From positions 44,144,001 through 44,208,000 of the forward strand of contig OZ024752.1 of assembly GCA_964016885.1 (NCBI GenBank): a stretch of 64,000 nucleotides of DNA. Reading direction: 5' to 3'. Origin of the DNA: Eledone cirrhosa. Taxonomy: Eukaryota. This document shows positions 37,082-48,900 of the stretch, in pieces (the first letter of the stretch is position 1; the number at the start of each line of letters is the position of its first letter). The position numbers and the translations under genes are program-made. The notes beneath the pieces were generated by a model that saw nothing but the letters and a program-made list of their open reading frames with translations, was not told where the DNA came from and searched no databases.

Positions 37082-38177
37082 CCAAACAGCATTGCTTCTT
37101 AATTTTTTTTTGTTCTTTTCATTTCAGGGTGATGCAGGATTGACAGGGCGCAAGATAATTGTTGATACTTATGGTGGATGGGGTGCCCATGGAGGCGGAG
37201 CGTTTTCTGGAAAAGATTTCTCCAAGGTCGACCGTTCGGCTGCCTATGCTGCCCGTTGGGTAGCTAAATCTTTGGTTAAAGCTGGCTTGTGTAAAAGGGT
37301 TCTTGTTCAGGTTAGTTTGATTTCAAACACATTTGAATTGTTGGCTAAGATTTGTGAATATATCCATTGTGGGATATCTTGTAAGAGTAACGATCATTTG
37401 TTTATAATTAGGGAATATCAGAGTTGTTGTTTGGCATAAACAACTTCCAGCGGCTTCTGACAGGACCTGCTAGGAGTGTATGCAAGACCTTTACCATGAA
37501 TATACAATAGTAAATGTGATGTAAATGATAACGGGTTAAAGTATGTAGTATTTTACTGTTTTTAAGTATAGCAATGTTTTGTAAACATTAAATATAATTA
37601 GCAGCATGGTATTCCATTTAATTTCCCACTAGCTGTTATAATATAGTTGTATGTAAACTTTCTATACAATCATTGTGACAGATCTACATAGGAACTTGTT
37701 TGTTCAGTCTGTGTAACTTGTAAATTATTTTCACAACAGATTTATTTATCAACCCCAGAAGGGGTTTCATATATAGATGAGATATATAATCTCTGTTATT
37801 TATCTTTTTCCTTTTAGATTTCCTATGCCATTGGAATAGCTAGGCCATTATCCATCAGTGTTTTCAGTTATGGTACATCTAAAAAGACTGAAAAAGAATT
37901 GCTGGATATTGTCAATGAGAATTTTGATCTGAGACCTGGCATGATTGTCAAGTGAGTCTTTGTATTTGTTCAATTTTTATTTTCTATTTTTATTTTATTT
38001 TTCGGTTTTATTTGAATCTAAACTTTTTATTTATTTTATTTTTTTTTTTTTTTCAAAATTTTTCTATTTTTCAGAGAGCTCAATTTACGTCGTCCTGTCT
38101 ACCAAAAGACGGCATGCTATGGGCACTTTGGAAGACCTGAGTTTCAATGGGAAATCCCTAAAAAGCTAAAATATTAA
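26457..38177 (+). CDS. MAT2A: S-adenosylmethionine synthetase (methionine adenosyltransferase), 402 aa; exons 26457-26568, 28999-29199, 29716-29828, 35478-35621, 35950-36168, 37128-37310, 37818-37951, 38075-38177
   Basis: [11 protein letters not shown]|[18 protein letters not shown]|[54 protein letters not shown]-stop. All junctions are GT-AG and the total of 1209 nt is in frame. The symbol names the closest vertebrate homolog. Confidence 0.96.
28574..28910. repeat. Minisatellite, 22-24 bp unit CACACACCAGTGTAACTCAGCA, in MAT intron 1
   Basis: About 15 tandem units read directly. Confidence 0.92.
29925..30868 (+). mobile_element. RTE 3' fragment with complete 3' UTR, in MAT intron 3
   Basis: Nearly identical to the reverse complement of 9543-10185; ends GGACGTTAAACGATGATGA. 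Confidence 0.9.
31553..32285 (+). mobile_element. Two tandem, nearly identical tRNA/CORE-type SINEs (31553-31893, 31953-32285) with RTE-type tails
   Basis: tRNA head (TGGCTTAGTGG A-box, GTTCAATTC B-box), CORE-like CCTTGAGCAAGACACTT, and a tail matching the RTE end at ~32995-33050. Related copies at ~30928, ~50505 and ~54715-54940 (minus). Confidence 0.8.
32425..33050 (+). mobile_element. RTE 3' fragment (second subfamily)
   Basis: [46 protein letters not shown]; (GAT)n tail. Confidence 0.85.
36612..36682 (+). pseudogene. tRNA-like cloverleaf with anticodon GGC in MAT intron 5; probably a pseudo-tRNA or SINE head
   Basis: GGCATGT TG GTGT-AATGGTA-ACAC A TTGGT-CCGGCAA-ACCAA ATAT GTGGG-TTCGTGT-CCCAT CTATGTC T. 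Confidence 0.6.
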
Positions 38178-39690
38178 GTTGGAAATGGTTTTAATATTCT
38201 AAGACTTTTTTTTTTTTTTTTTAATATATATGTGTGTGTGTGTATATATATTCTCAATCATTGTTCCTCTCAATTTTAATTTGTTTGTGTAACCTTAAAT
38301 GATACTGACAGTTGTAATCCACAGTGAATGAATAGGCAGACATTTTCAGCAACAGGACACCATTTTTTTTTTCTTTTTAAATTATAATTTTGGGGGTTTT
38401 TATGTAGAAACTCCTAAATGCTGCAACATATATAATATATATATTTTTTTTTTATATATATATCTATATATATGTATATATAGTTTAGTTAATTTAGTGT
38501 TTTGACAACTAATTCTGTTTTTTCTGGGGTTGGGTTATTATATCTAAGAAAGTTACTCAATCAGGTATATTCGAGTTTGTTAAAATAACTGTAGTACAGT
38601 GCTAAAGGGCTCTTGCACTCTATTACAGTGCCAAACTTGGTACCTGTATTTTGTATAAGCTAGCATGGAACTGTATTATGGTAACGTTGTTACCATAATA
38701 CAAGTAACTAGATATGGTGTCCGTTGGGTTCCTGTCTGATTCTCTTTATCTGCTGCAAATGTGTCATTAACTTCGGCTTCTTATATGCACATTTGTCTTG
38801 TGTTTATGAAGATTCATTGGAAAAGAGCACTAGTTATAAACACTCGGGATTACATTGACACAATGGACAGCATTGCAAAGAATGAGGATAATTGCAGTGC
38901 TCTCTATTGAGAAGGTTGGTATCGTTAAAATTAGAAGCAAATGTAGAAATATTTTTATCTATGAAATATTTTTTGTGTGTATGCTTTTCATTGTATTACC
39001 CTGTTTCATTCCCTAAATAATACATAATTCATGAACTTTCATTTGTAGACAGATTTATGTGGACATGTGTAACTTTTTTATTCCTACACAAATATGCCAT
39101 TTTCTTCAAGCTGAGTTCCATTAAGACTTACTACAAGAGATGACTTTCTGTGCTAAAAAATATTGAAGGCTACTCATGCCAACATTTTCATTATGTTCTA
39201 AAAATCATCTCCTATGTATCTATCATGGTTGTAATAATATGTAGAGTGGGATTGGTTATAGAACAGTGTATATATTTTATTTTTCATCATTTTTAGACAA
39301 AAATGTTGAGGAACATTGATTTTGGAATATAAATAAACTTTGACTTTTGAAGAGAAGCCTCATTTTAAAACTACTTTTTGGCTATTCGTCTTTTTCTGCT
39401 GCCTGTCTATTTATAGTTATTTCACATTCTTTATCTTGATGATTTAGAATATACTGTTTTAAACAAGGTCATTTTTGATTATACATTCCTAACTTTTATT
39501 TGGGTTTTTTTTTTCCCTTTTCTTTCCATGATTGTTGGGTGGAGGGAAATTTTTTTTTTTTCTTTAACTGACAATGTATTGCTGACGAAACTGCAGGATA
39601 TAAATTTCTACCTACTTCGTTTTGCTATTATTCTAAAATATCCAGGTGTGAAACTTTCTTTTTAATAAATAAATAAAACTAACTTGCAGT
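38178..39690 (+). other. Probable MAT 3' UTR (~1.5 kb) ending at clustered AATAAA (~39664-39677)
   Basis: Non-repetitive AT-rich sequence after the stop; overlapping AATAAA hexamers, with an earlier one at ~39332. Confidence 0.5.
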
Positions 39691-42600
39691 ATTTTTCAAT
39701 ATTGACTGTTTATTTATATAAAATCACAATTTGTATTTTCATAATTTGTGTTTAAGAGTATAGATAGTGTAACTGATAAATGAAATATTACTTCACAGTG
39801 GACACCTTTCTTCAAGCCAATGATTGAACCTGGTAGAAATAGCAGCCATATCTCACTCAGTAGATATATATTGAATGTAGTCATGGGTTTCCTGTACAGA
39901 AAGGAACAGATAGGATGTTTGTTCATTGATTTGCCTGAGGCTGAACAAGAACAATTCTAGCAGCTCTTACGTTGCAGAATGTTTGAAAAGTATTTTTTTT
40001 ACACTGGTTATTCTACAAAATTATATTGGTGTTTAGGATTTGAAAGTGATAAAAAGTTTTGTGTTCATAATTAGATTAGATCTGTGTCCTCGATGTTCAA
40101 TAAGTGAGTGTTAGGTTGAAGAAGAATATTAGATTGTTGTGGAATTACTGCCTAACCAGATGCCTAGGTTATGTGGATGTAGTTGATTTAGAAAGTCAAG
40201 TGATTTGATGAAGATTTGACTGCTATGTCTAGCAAGTTGAGCGACCACAGAGACTCGTATAGTTGTGTATTGGTAGATTCCATTATTATGGAAGAATGTT
40301 GGGATATATAATAGTGCAAGTGTTCAACAAACTGTCAAGAGAATCTTATTTACAGGACTGAGTTTTCATGTATCCTGCATGTATTATTGATTGAGAGGTT
40401 TTATGAAGTACAATTGAATTGACATCCAGGCAAAGTATACAGGACAGGCTGTTAACTTGGTTCTTTTATTGAAGAAATCTGAGGAAGATGAAGGACGGTA
40501 CAGTTGGGTTTTGTAGAAGGCCAGTGGCAAGATGGCTATATGCTGTACGGTGAAGAGATGTAGATATTTTGGTAGGTAATAATACTAAACAAGGTACACC
40601 ACAATAACAATTACCTTTGCATAAGACATATGGGATAGAAAATAAATATAATTTCCCTCGGTTTACTGGTGGTATATAATGTCAATGTTTGAGGAAAGAA
40701 GGGCAAAGCTGATAATATTGAACCCTTGCTGAAAAACAGAAGAGTCTAATTTCGCCGTCACTTTTCTGAATTATTTCCCTTGTCTTGCAGTTTTTTTTTA
40801 TAAGTTTGGTGCAATGTCAGAGGGAGAGTTTTGTAAGTAAACACATTGGGGAAAATAGCTGGTAATCTGAAGCTGCTTGAAATAGAGAATATCATTCTTG
40901 CTAGCAAAGTCACCTCCTTAATAGAGCATTGTATGTCTAATTTACCTTACAATGCAACTGGTAAATAGAAAAAGTGAATAAAATATAACGAGTGTATATA
41001 CATATATATTTGTATCAATTATACATCCATGCTATCCTGGGTTGGAGGTCTTGCCTTGTTCTACAGGAACAAGTGTTCAACTTTTACTTTCCATGTCTTG
41101 GGGTGGTGGGGGGGTGATTCAGTCTCTGAAAAGAATTGGTGTTCTTCTGCAAACCTTACACCAACATGCTACACCTGAGATGTACAGAAAATCCATATTT
41201 ACAAAGAATTATTGTCAGTTATGGTGGATGCTTTAATATTCTATCAAATATTAGTCAAGCCTGAAAACATTGCATTTTAATGTTATCAAAGAAAAACTGA
41301 CTTCATCTTTTATATTGACATTGTCTTGTTTGTTTTTTCTTCCACAATAAATTTATACATAGCTGTAACTTTAAAGTATTAAACTATGCTTAACTGCACA
41401 ACCTTTTTACATTTGACAGCAGGAGTGATATCAACAGCAAAGTACTGGACTATCTTGCAGTATGAATTTTTTTTTTGTCCTTCTTATGGTCATCTTAGTT
41501 TATAAGTTGTAATATGTTCATAAAATAATTTAGAGACATACCTTATTGTATTGTTCAAAAGTTATTACATCTGTGATGTCAACTATTTGACATGTTTTTC
41601 TTGATATACAATGATTTCATCAACCAATTAGTTTTTATTATATATTTGACATACCTAGATCCTAATTTGTTAGTGCAATTAATACCTGAATCTCCAAAGC
41701 TACAACACTGTAAAGGCCATCTGCAATTAAGAAATTATAAAATAGTTACTTTACATTTATTCTCACCTAGATTTTAAATAAATAGCAAGTAATAGGAGCC
41801 AGTTTGTCTTCGAGTCCACTGGATACTAAACTGTCCGGCAATGGAAAGAAGAGTGAATTTATGAGAAAATTGACACTGAAAACAAATTGAAGGATCTGCA
41901 TCTCATTTATGGTCGACACTCCACTGAGTACATAAGAGGTTGTCATGTCTTTGGCACAACTGAGGGGTCCTGCCCCCCCCCCTTTTTTTTCAGGTTTTCT
42001 ATGGCTGGTTACCTTTTCTACCACCAACCACTTTACATACAGCATGTACTGGGTGCTTTTATCATGTAGATCGCCACACTATATATATATATGCGTCCAC
42101 TGCAAAGTGGTTGTAGAGGTGTCAATACAAAAAAAGCACCCACCACTCACTGTAAATGAGGTTGGTGTTAGGAAGGGCATCCAGCCAAAATCTGTTCCCG
42201 TATGAGCAAGACAAGGTCAGCTGACTGGACACTGCCCACAACAAGACAACCCGTCTAACCCATGCTAGAATGGATCTAAAACAGTGATAATATATATATC
42301 ATCATCGTTTAACATCCATTTTCCACGCTTGCATATATATATAAAAGCAATTGTGAAATATGTAATAGTCAACTGATTTCATGAAAAAATAAAAAAAACA
42401 ACACTATCAATGACTTTTGTTATTTTTCATTAAACTCTTAATGTTTGGTTTAGTATATGTGGACATGTTTCATATCATGAATGAGGCTCAATCCTGTTCC
42501 TGTCTTGTATTAGATGCAGCCAAAAACTTGATTTTAGTGCAAGATAGCTATTAGATGTATTTGCCATGCAAGAGCAATGGTGTCATAAGAATGAAAAGAA

Positions 42601-42929
42601 GAAAAAGGAAAAAGCTTGTACTGTGTATGCAACATACTTTTTTTTAATTATTAAAAAAAAAGGACATTTTCTGAAATAATTAGTGATTCCCCTGGTTGAT
42701 TAGCATCAAAATTCCTCTTACTAAAATATAAACTCGTATATATATTGACTGCATCTAATTTAGCATTTACATTACTTTATATGTACTATTGTATTTTCGT
42801 GGTAAAGCCTTTATCTCGCATAATATTGAATCAGATTTTGATATTATTTATTTTGAGAACAATACCTTAACATAAGTATGAGTGGCCAGTGACAGCTGGT
42901 TTGAACAGAAAAAGGTGAGAGAATTCTGG

Positions 42930-43125
42930 CCGAAGAGAACAAACTGTCCAAGTATCGGATACTCTCTGATAGGTTTGTGGTAGAGTCTGTAGCAATGGAG
43001 ACTTCTGACGTTCTTGGTCCCCAGACTATCAGAGTGGAGTAGGCTGCCTGCAGATATAAATCACACAGGATGGAGTGGCTGTTTCAACATGTCTCCCTCT
43101 CCTTCCCCCAGGGCAATGTATTCAC
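42930..43125 (+). mobile_element. Decayed CRE-like endonuclease fragment
   Basis: AEENKLSKYRILSDRFVVESVAMETSDVLGP, homologous to 21749-22099. Confidence 0.6.
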
Positions 43126-45814
43126 CGTCCTGTTGGTTGGGACCAAGAGGCAGATGACATATTTGAAAACAGGATTTCTACCAATAACTTTTCAATCGAT
43201 AAAATTGTAAGAATCTTGAATATATTAGAAACATTGAAAACATTCTTAATACATTCAAAGCGAAATTTGACGAATTCCTCCAAATGATTCCAGATTTATC
43301 TGCTGTCGACAGTTATGCACAATTCTGAGCCCAAAATCTGATTTATTGTTAGAGATGATTAAAGGGGGTGGAATAAATCTCAGTCTTGGAAGTTTTTAAT
43401 TGCAATAAGAAATAAAATGCATACAAAAATGAGAACATTTATCGCTAGAACGGGCGTTAAAACAGCTAAATGCTGTCAAAGACAGAGATAGGCAAAAATA
43501 CCTCAGAGTACAGAGAGACAATGCACAACGTGGGTAGACAGGCAGACGAAACAGAAATAAGATAAGGATTGACTTTTAACGTTTGTTTTCAGCTTGACAA
43601 TGTTAAATTGTCTCCCTTTGACCAGGTCTGAAGTTGAAAAAAAAAAAAGAAATTATCTCTGAGTAATTTTGAATCAACTACAGCTTCGATATGACATCAA
43701 TTTGGAATAATAACATGTGACAAGAAAATTGTTCAGATCATGTCCTGTAGTGTGTTGCAATCGAATAGTAATTTGTTAACTATGAGACATGTTTCCACAG
43801 TCGTTGCAAATATTGCCGTTAGGTACAAATGTAGAGTAAATAAGCGCCAAGATCTGGTCCGGTAAATTGATGGAGATTATGTCACTGAGAGGAAGGTATA
43901 TCAACTAGTGGTGTCTGGTTGGGCTTAAAGAACAACCACGACTTCACGGAGAAAGCATCGCATCTCGCCATAACGAAAAGAATTAGTACAACCAAACTAT
44001 TACGTTAACTAAGTGAGACTAACGGTCGTTCCCTGTTGTAATAGTAACTGGGGTACCGTACCAACGAGGGAACAAATAGAGGGAGAGAGAAGATGAACCT
44101 CTACATCATTGACTGGGTGGCATACCTCAGTTGCTCCCTGCAGATAGATAAATACAATGCTAGGTAGGTATGTAGATAGAAAGATAAATTGATAAAAACA
44201 AAATTAGTTTTCGCTCTAACATAGTGGATATGTAAATGCATTCGTGAGTTTTTATATCGACTAATGCTAATATTTGATTCGTTTGCAAGCAAACAGCCTC
44301 ATTACACTATGTTTTAGACGACCATCATCATCCTTTTGTTCTAGCCACCGCTATAATAAAAAGATATGCGTGTTAGTATATTTTTAATTATCTATATTTT
44401 AGCTTTATACTATACTAAGGGAATATGTAATTTATTCACGTTTATAATAACATATAATGACACAATGCTTACAGGAAAGTCATAAAATCACTTATATCAG
44501 CACAGGTGGATAAGTTCCTTCAGAATGAAAATATAAACAGTAAATTTACAGTAGAATAACATAACAAATATGTTTTAAATATATACATAAATAACATTAC
44601 AAATGCCTCGGTAACACTACAAGGTGATAATGAAAGATATATTCCTTCAATGCTACAATATTAAAGAAAATGTAAAAGAGGGGGTGAACAACGGAGCCAA
44701 TATTTATAAGGTTCCTAGCAATAATTAATTGTATAGTGTAAAATGTAATCTAAAAATAAAGCTGGAACATATTCGATCATAAATCTACTGAAACAGAGTC
44801 TACTTGGAGCTAAACAACAGTCTGTTGGGTTCCCCCAAAATATTCCAGAGGTGTAACAAGGGAAAATAGCTCCTATGGCAAACATTGAAATTGCGCCCCT
44901 GCCCATCCAGCAAGCTATATTGTAAGACAACGGGATTGACAGTGTAGTTTAAATAAATGAGGGTTTAGGGTATTAAACTGTATTTTCATTTGTTCTACAG
45001 GTATCCTTTACGCTTAAGTATACGTAAAGTATTGGCAAAAGTGTTAGTATATTTAAAGAGATCTGTGTAATACTGATCTTTGACAACTATTAAAACCCTA
45101 TTAAAATATTTGACAAGTCATACTATGAGGTATCCCTCTCTGGGATCATGTAGTTCCCAGCACTATTTTTTACCTATGGACCTAATAATTTATATAAATT
45201 GTTTAATGGTCCAGCCACCATAGTGTTTCTCTCTAATGCCAATCAAAGACAGATCATACATCTGAAGTTTCTTTTTTCACTCTGACGATAGATTATCTGA
45301 CTTTAATAGAAACGGCTCCTAGTCTAGACCGCCACCATGGTAGGTGCCAAGGGTGCAGTACGCTAATACGTCTCTGCCGTTGACCCTAATGATGTGAGGC
45401 CTATTATCGCACTTGCTGGTCAATTGATGGTCGTTTTCTTTAATCTTTTATATTTGTTAAGTAGTGTATCTATTTTCTTTTTGTAAGAATTATAAATAAT
45501 TTGTAATGTTATTTATACAATTATAAATAAATATATTTCGTATTGAATTTATAAGGTCCTATTTATTATATGTGTTTATATTTTCATTGTGTAAGAATTA
45601 TAAACAATTTGTAATGTTATTTATACGACTGTAAATAAAGTTTATACGACTATAAATAAAGTTCCTAGACTGGAATATATTCTACTGGAGTCGAGTTGTA
45701 AACAAACTAATATAAATTATATGGCGAAACAATCGAGGTTATATTCCCCACTGAACATTCAAAACAACAATAACTACAAAGCTATCAATAAATTAATTCT
45801 ATCTACTCTCTATA

Positions 45815-45985
45815 TGAAACTATCGATGATAGTAAAAATAATTAAAGCGATAGTTTATGCATGTGATTGAATTGTTTACTTCCGGGCTATCGATAAATTT
45901 TTAAATACGTGTCGACGCCTTTCTATAAAATTTGACATTGTCGTGTTTTCACTCCTGTTACTCTGGCTAAAACTTCACAGACAGG
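45815..45985 (+). promoter_or_regulatory. HGSNAT promoter region with DRE-like TATCGATA and ETS-like ACTTCCGG motifs
   Basis: CpG-enriched patch just upstream of coding exon 1; ACTTCCGG at ~45878, TATCGATA at ~45888. Confidence 0.5.
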
Positions 45986-48900
45986 ATGAACCGACAAATA
46001 CTCTCGCTTTTCTGTATCATTTGCTGTAAGTAGATTACATATTTTATATATTTGTTTTACAAGGGTTTTGACATGAAATCGTGCGTTGAAAGAGATATTG
46101 TTATATTTAGGGAGGAGGGCCATGTTGTTAAAATATATTGAAACGAAAACCCAACAATCATTGTTGTTTTTTTAATATATTTCTGGCAATATCATAACAT
46201 GACCCTCCCCAAATATAACAATATATATTTATTATATATTTATATATATTTGTTTATATTTATTTACCCCAGGACTTCTCCGTTGTTATTTCTCGTCTAT
46301 ATTTTAAAGGGGTGTCTTGATCTCTTTTAAAAAAAATATTTACTGTTATTTTAATACTTTAGTGGCAACAATAATTATTCTTAACTCTAACAAATTATCT
46401 GTATTCTTATAAGATTTCATTATTTCCTCACGTTTCTGTAAAAAAAACCCCGAATTTAGCGACAAGAGGGGAAAAACAAACTTTTTATCTTGGTCAAATT
46501 TGGTTTTAATTTACTTGAAAATTAAATGTAAGATTCGTTAAATCATCAGATTTAAACGAGTCAACAGAGGAAACCACGATATATTTGAAATAACAGCCAA
46601 ATTCCCCACAAATTACACCTGAGTTGTGTTGAAAATATAAATAATTAATTATAATCCAGAATAAAAGAAAAATGGTTGCAATTGGAACGCCTTTAATAAC
46701 AAGTTTATTAAACCACAACAACTGGCCTGGGGCTAAATAACTAGACATGTCCCGTGACAGATTTTTCTATTGTGCTTAGGTGAGCTTAAGCCCAGGATCC
46801 CGTTAACCAGGGGAACCCATCTTTCTGCCAAAAATGTTATTTACCTGCTCCAGGGCCCTATAACTAGCACAGAGCCTCATTTGTCCTAAATCCGGCACTG
46901 CCCGTGTCCCCTACTTAACTTTTTCTCTAACTTCAGATATTCTGATATAACTGTTAATGGTTGATTACTATGTTGATAGATCCAGTTTATTAGTGTTGTT
47001 TATACACAGTTTATATTTTTTTTATAAGTCGGAGAAGGCACACATGCCACAACATGTGGTTCTAGAACTTCTCTAATATTTTGTTTGAGACAAGCCAACA
47101 CACTGGGGGCATTGTAAAAAGCAAGTACCCTCACGAGCATCACCTGATACATCGGTAGGGCAAGCCACCAACGACGACGAGAGCTTTGTTGTCAGATGCT
47201 CAGCTCCTCCATAAACATCTCAAACATCACAGGCTAATCAAAAATAGTTTGCCGATAATTCCTGTTGTTTTAGAATATTATTCTGTTCTGTTATGGATAA
47301 TTTGACCCTCATCTCGGATGTAGGAATGAGCAGTTGTTAGCTGTGGTGGCCCAAATTAGATATCTACCCCTTTTCCCATTAACTATAATTTATAGAAACA
47401 AATAAAATTTCAAATAAAATGCATTTTATAAGCGTATTTACAGAAACTAAATACATTTCGTCGTTTCCATTTCGATTTTTCATTTTACTTCTTAAAATGT
47501 TAACTTTCAGAAAACCCACTTTTCTTTCTTGTCTCTATAGAAAAGAAATGTTTCTGGTTTAAAAAAACAAACATTTTTTAATTCATTGTTATTTTCTTAA
47601 CGAGCCACCAGACCAATCCTTTTCTTTATTCAGAATAATTGTGTTAATTTGTATTTTAACTTTTATTATGAGAATAAAGCCAGAAATTGGCAAGATGTAC
47701 TTGTTGACATTATGTCCTGCCAAACTTGAGCATGTCAGTTATCTTTAAATGATAAAATAAAATAACTCCAGCAATTCCCCCGCTAATTTGTCCTGTTAAT
47801 TAAGACATGTTCAACTAACTCTCCATTCTCTCTTTCAAATGTTTTAAATTTATATTTTAGACATCCATTTTACTGTATATTTTGTGCTATATTATCTTTC
47901 TTTCCTTTATTCATTTTTGTCGTCTTTTAAAATAAATAAGGTTGGAGTAAACATACTTTAGTATAGTAAGGTTGTCAACATATAGCTGACAATTGCTTTA
48001 CTCGTGACTTGTGTGTCACGGTAACCTGACGCAATTTTGACATTTGTTGAATCAGTTTCTGTCTCTTGGTCAACAAGACTTTAGTTTGAGAGTGACACGA
48101 AACTAACGAGCAGCCGGATCTGAGGAGCAGAGGTCATTGTAGTAGTTGTAAAATAATGTAGCGAGAGGTAACATCTCTACTATGGAGGTCAACTATTTAT
48201 TTCATGGTCTTGGTTTGTTCGAGTAATTCTAGTCAAGGGACAGTTTGGTGGAAATCGATGAGTGGAAACACTAAATAACCGTTCATTTTTAATTACATTA
48301 AATTTTGAAGTAATTTTTTTACAAAGAAATTTCTCCATGTTTCCTTTGTTTGACGATGTGTTTTGTGTTTGTATTTGACCTTTAATCAGTAATAGAATAC
48401 ACAAGATAAACATCGGTTGATGAAATGATAACTTCTTCTGTCCTCACAATTGGTTCCAAATTGTGATGAGAAATAATATAAATAATGGTTTAAATACGAC
48501 CTAATAAAACATTACAATGAATAGATATATAAATCAATTATTCATGTATTTTTCTTAATATATATATATATATATAAAAATATATATATAAATATATATA
48601 TATATAAATTGTTCTTCAAACCATTTTTTGTCTATTGTAATTAGAAATTCATCGTAATGTCACGTGTCCGACTAAAGCTGTCATAAGTCCGGTTTCTGTT
48701 GTATGAACTGCCATAACAATTAGTCATGGTTGTATCACAAAAGTAAGAACATCTGTTTAGACGAGGTTAACGATTTATTAATCTGTAGAGAATAAATTAA
48801 GTGAAGGGATGTCAGATTAGCAGTTATTTTCTAATAGATTAGAAACAACGAGTGTTATGTTGGATCAGTAAAATAACCTTGTAATGTGGCCTTTGCTGTG

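Noticed and set aside
39885-39910. TTCCT-GTACAGAA-AGGAA hairpin as a METTL16 site
   Set aside because: It lies beyond the likely poly(A) signals and lacks the MAT2A hairpin loop architecture; kept only as a look-alike.
40320-40570. Minus-strand open stretch containing YRPSSSSDFF
   Set aside because: Probably a highly decayed LINE endonuclease remnant; too degenerate to call.
41890-41925. TTTATGGTCG, antisense to an 18S rRNA segment
   Set aside because: Only 10 nt and not positioned next to a D box.
45141-45154. ZNF143/THAP11-like ACTACAnnnTCCCA motif
   Set aside because: It overlaps what looks like a decayed hAT MITE end and is ~800 bp from the HGSNAT start.
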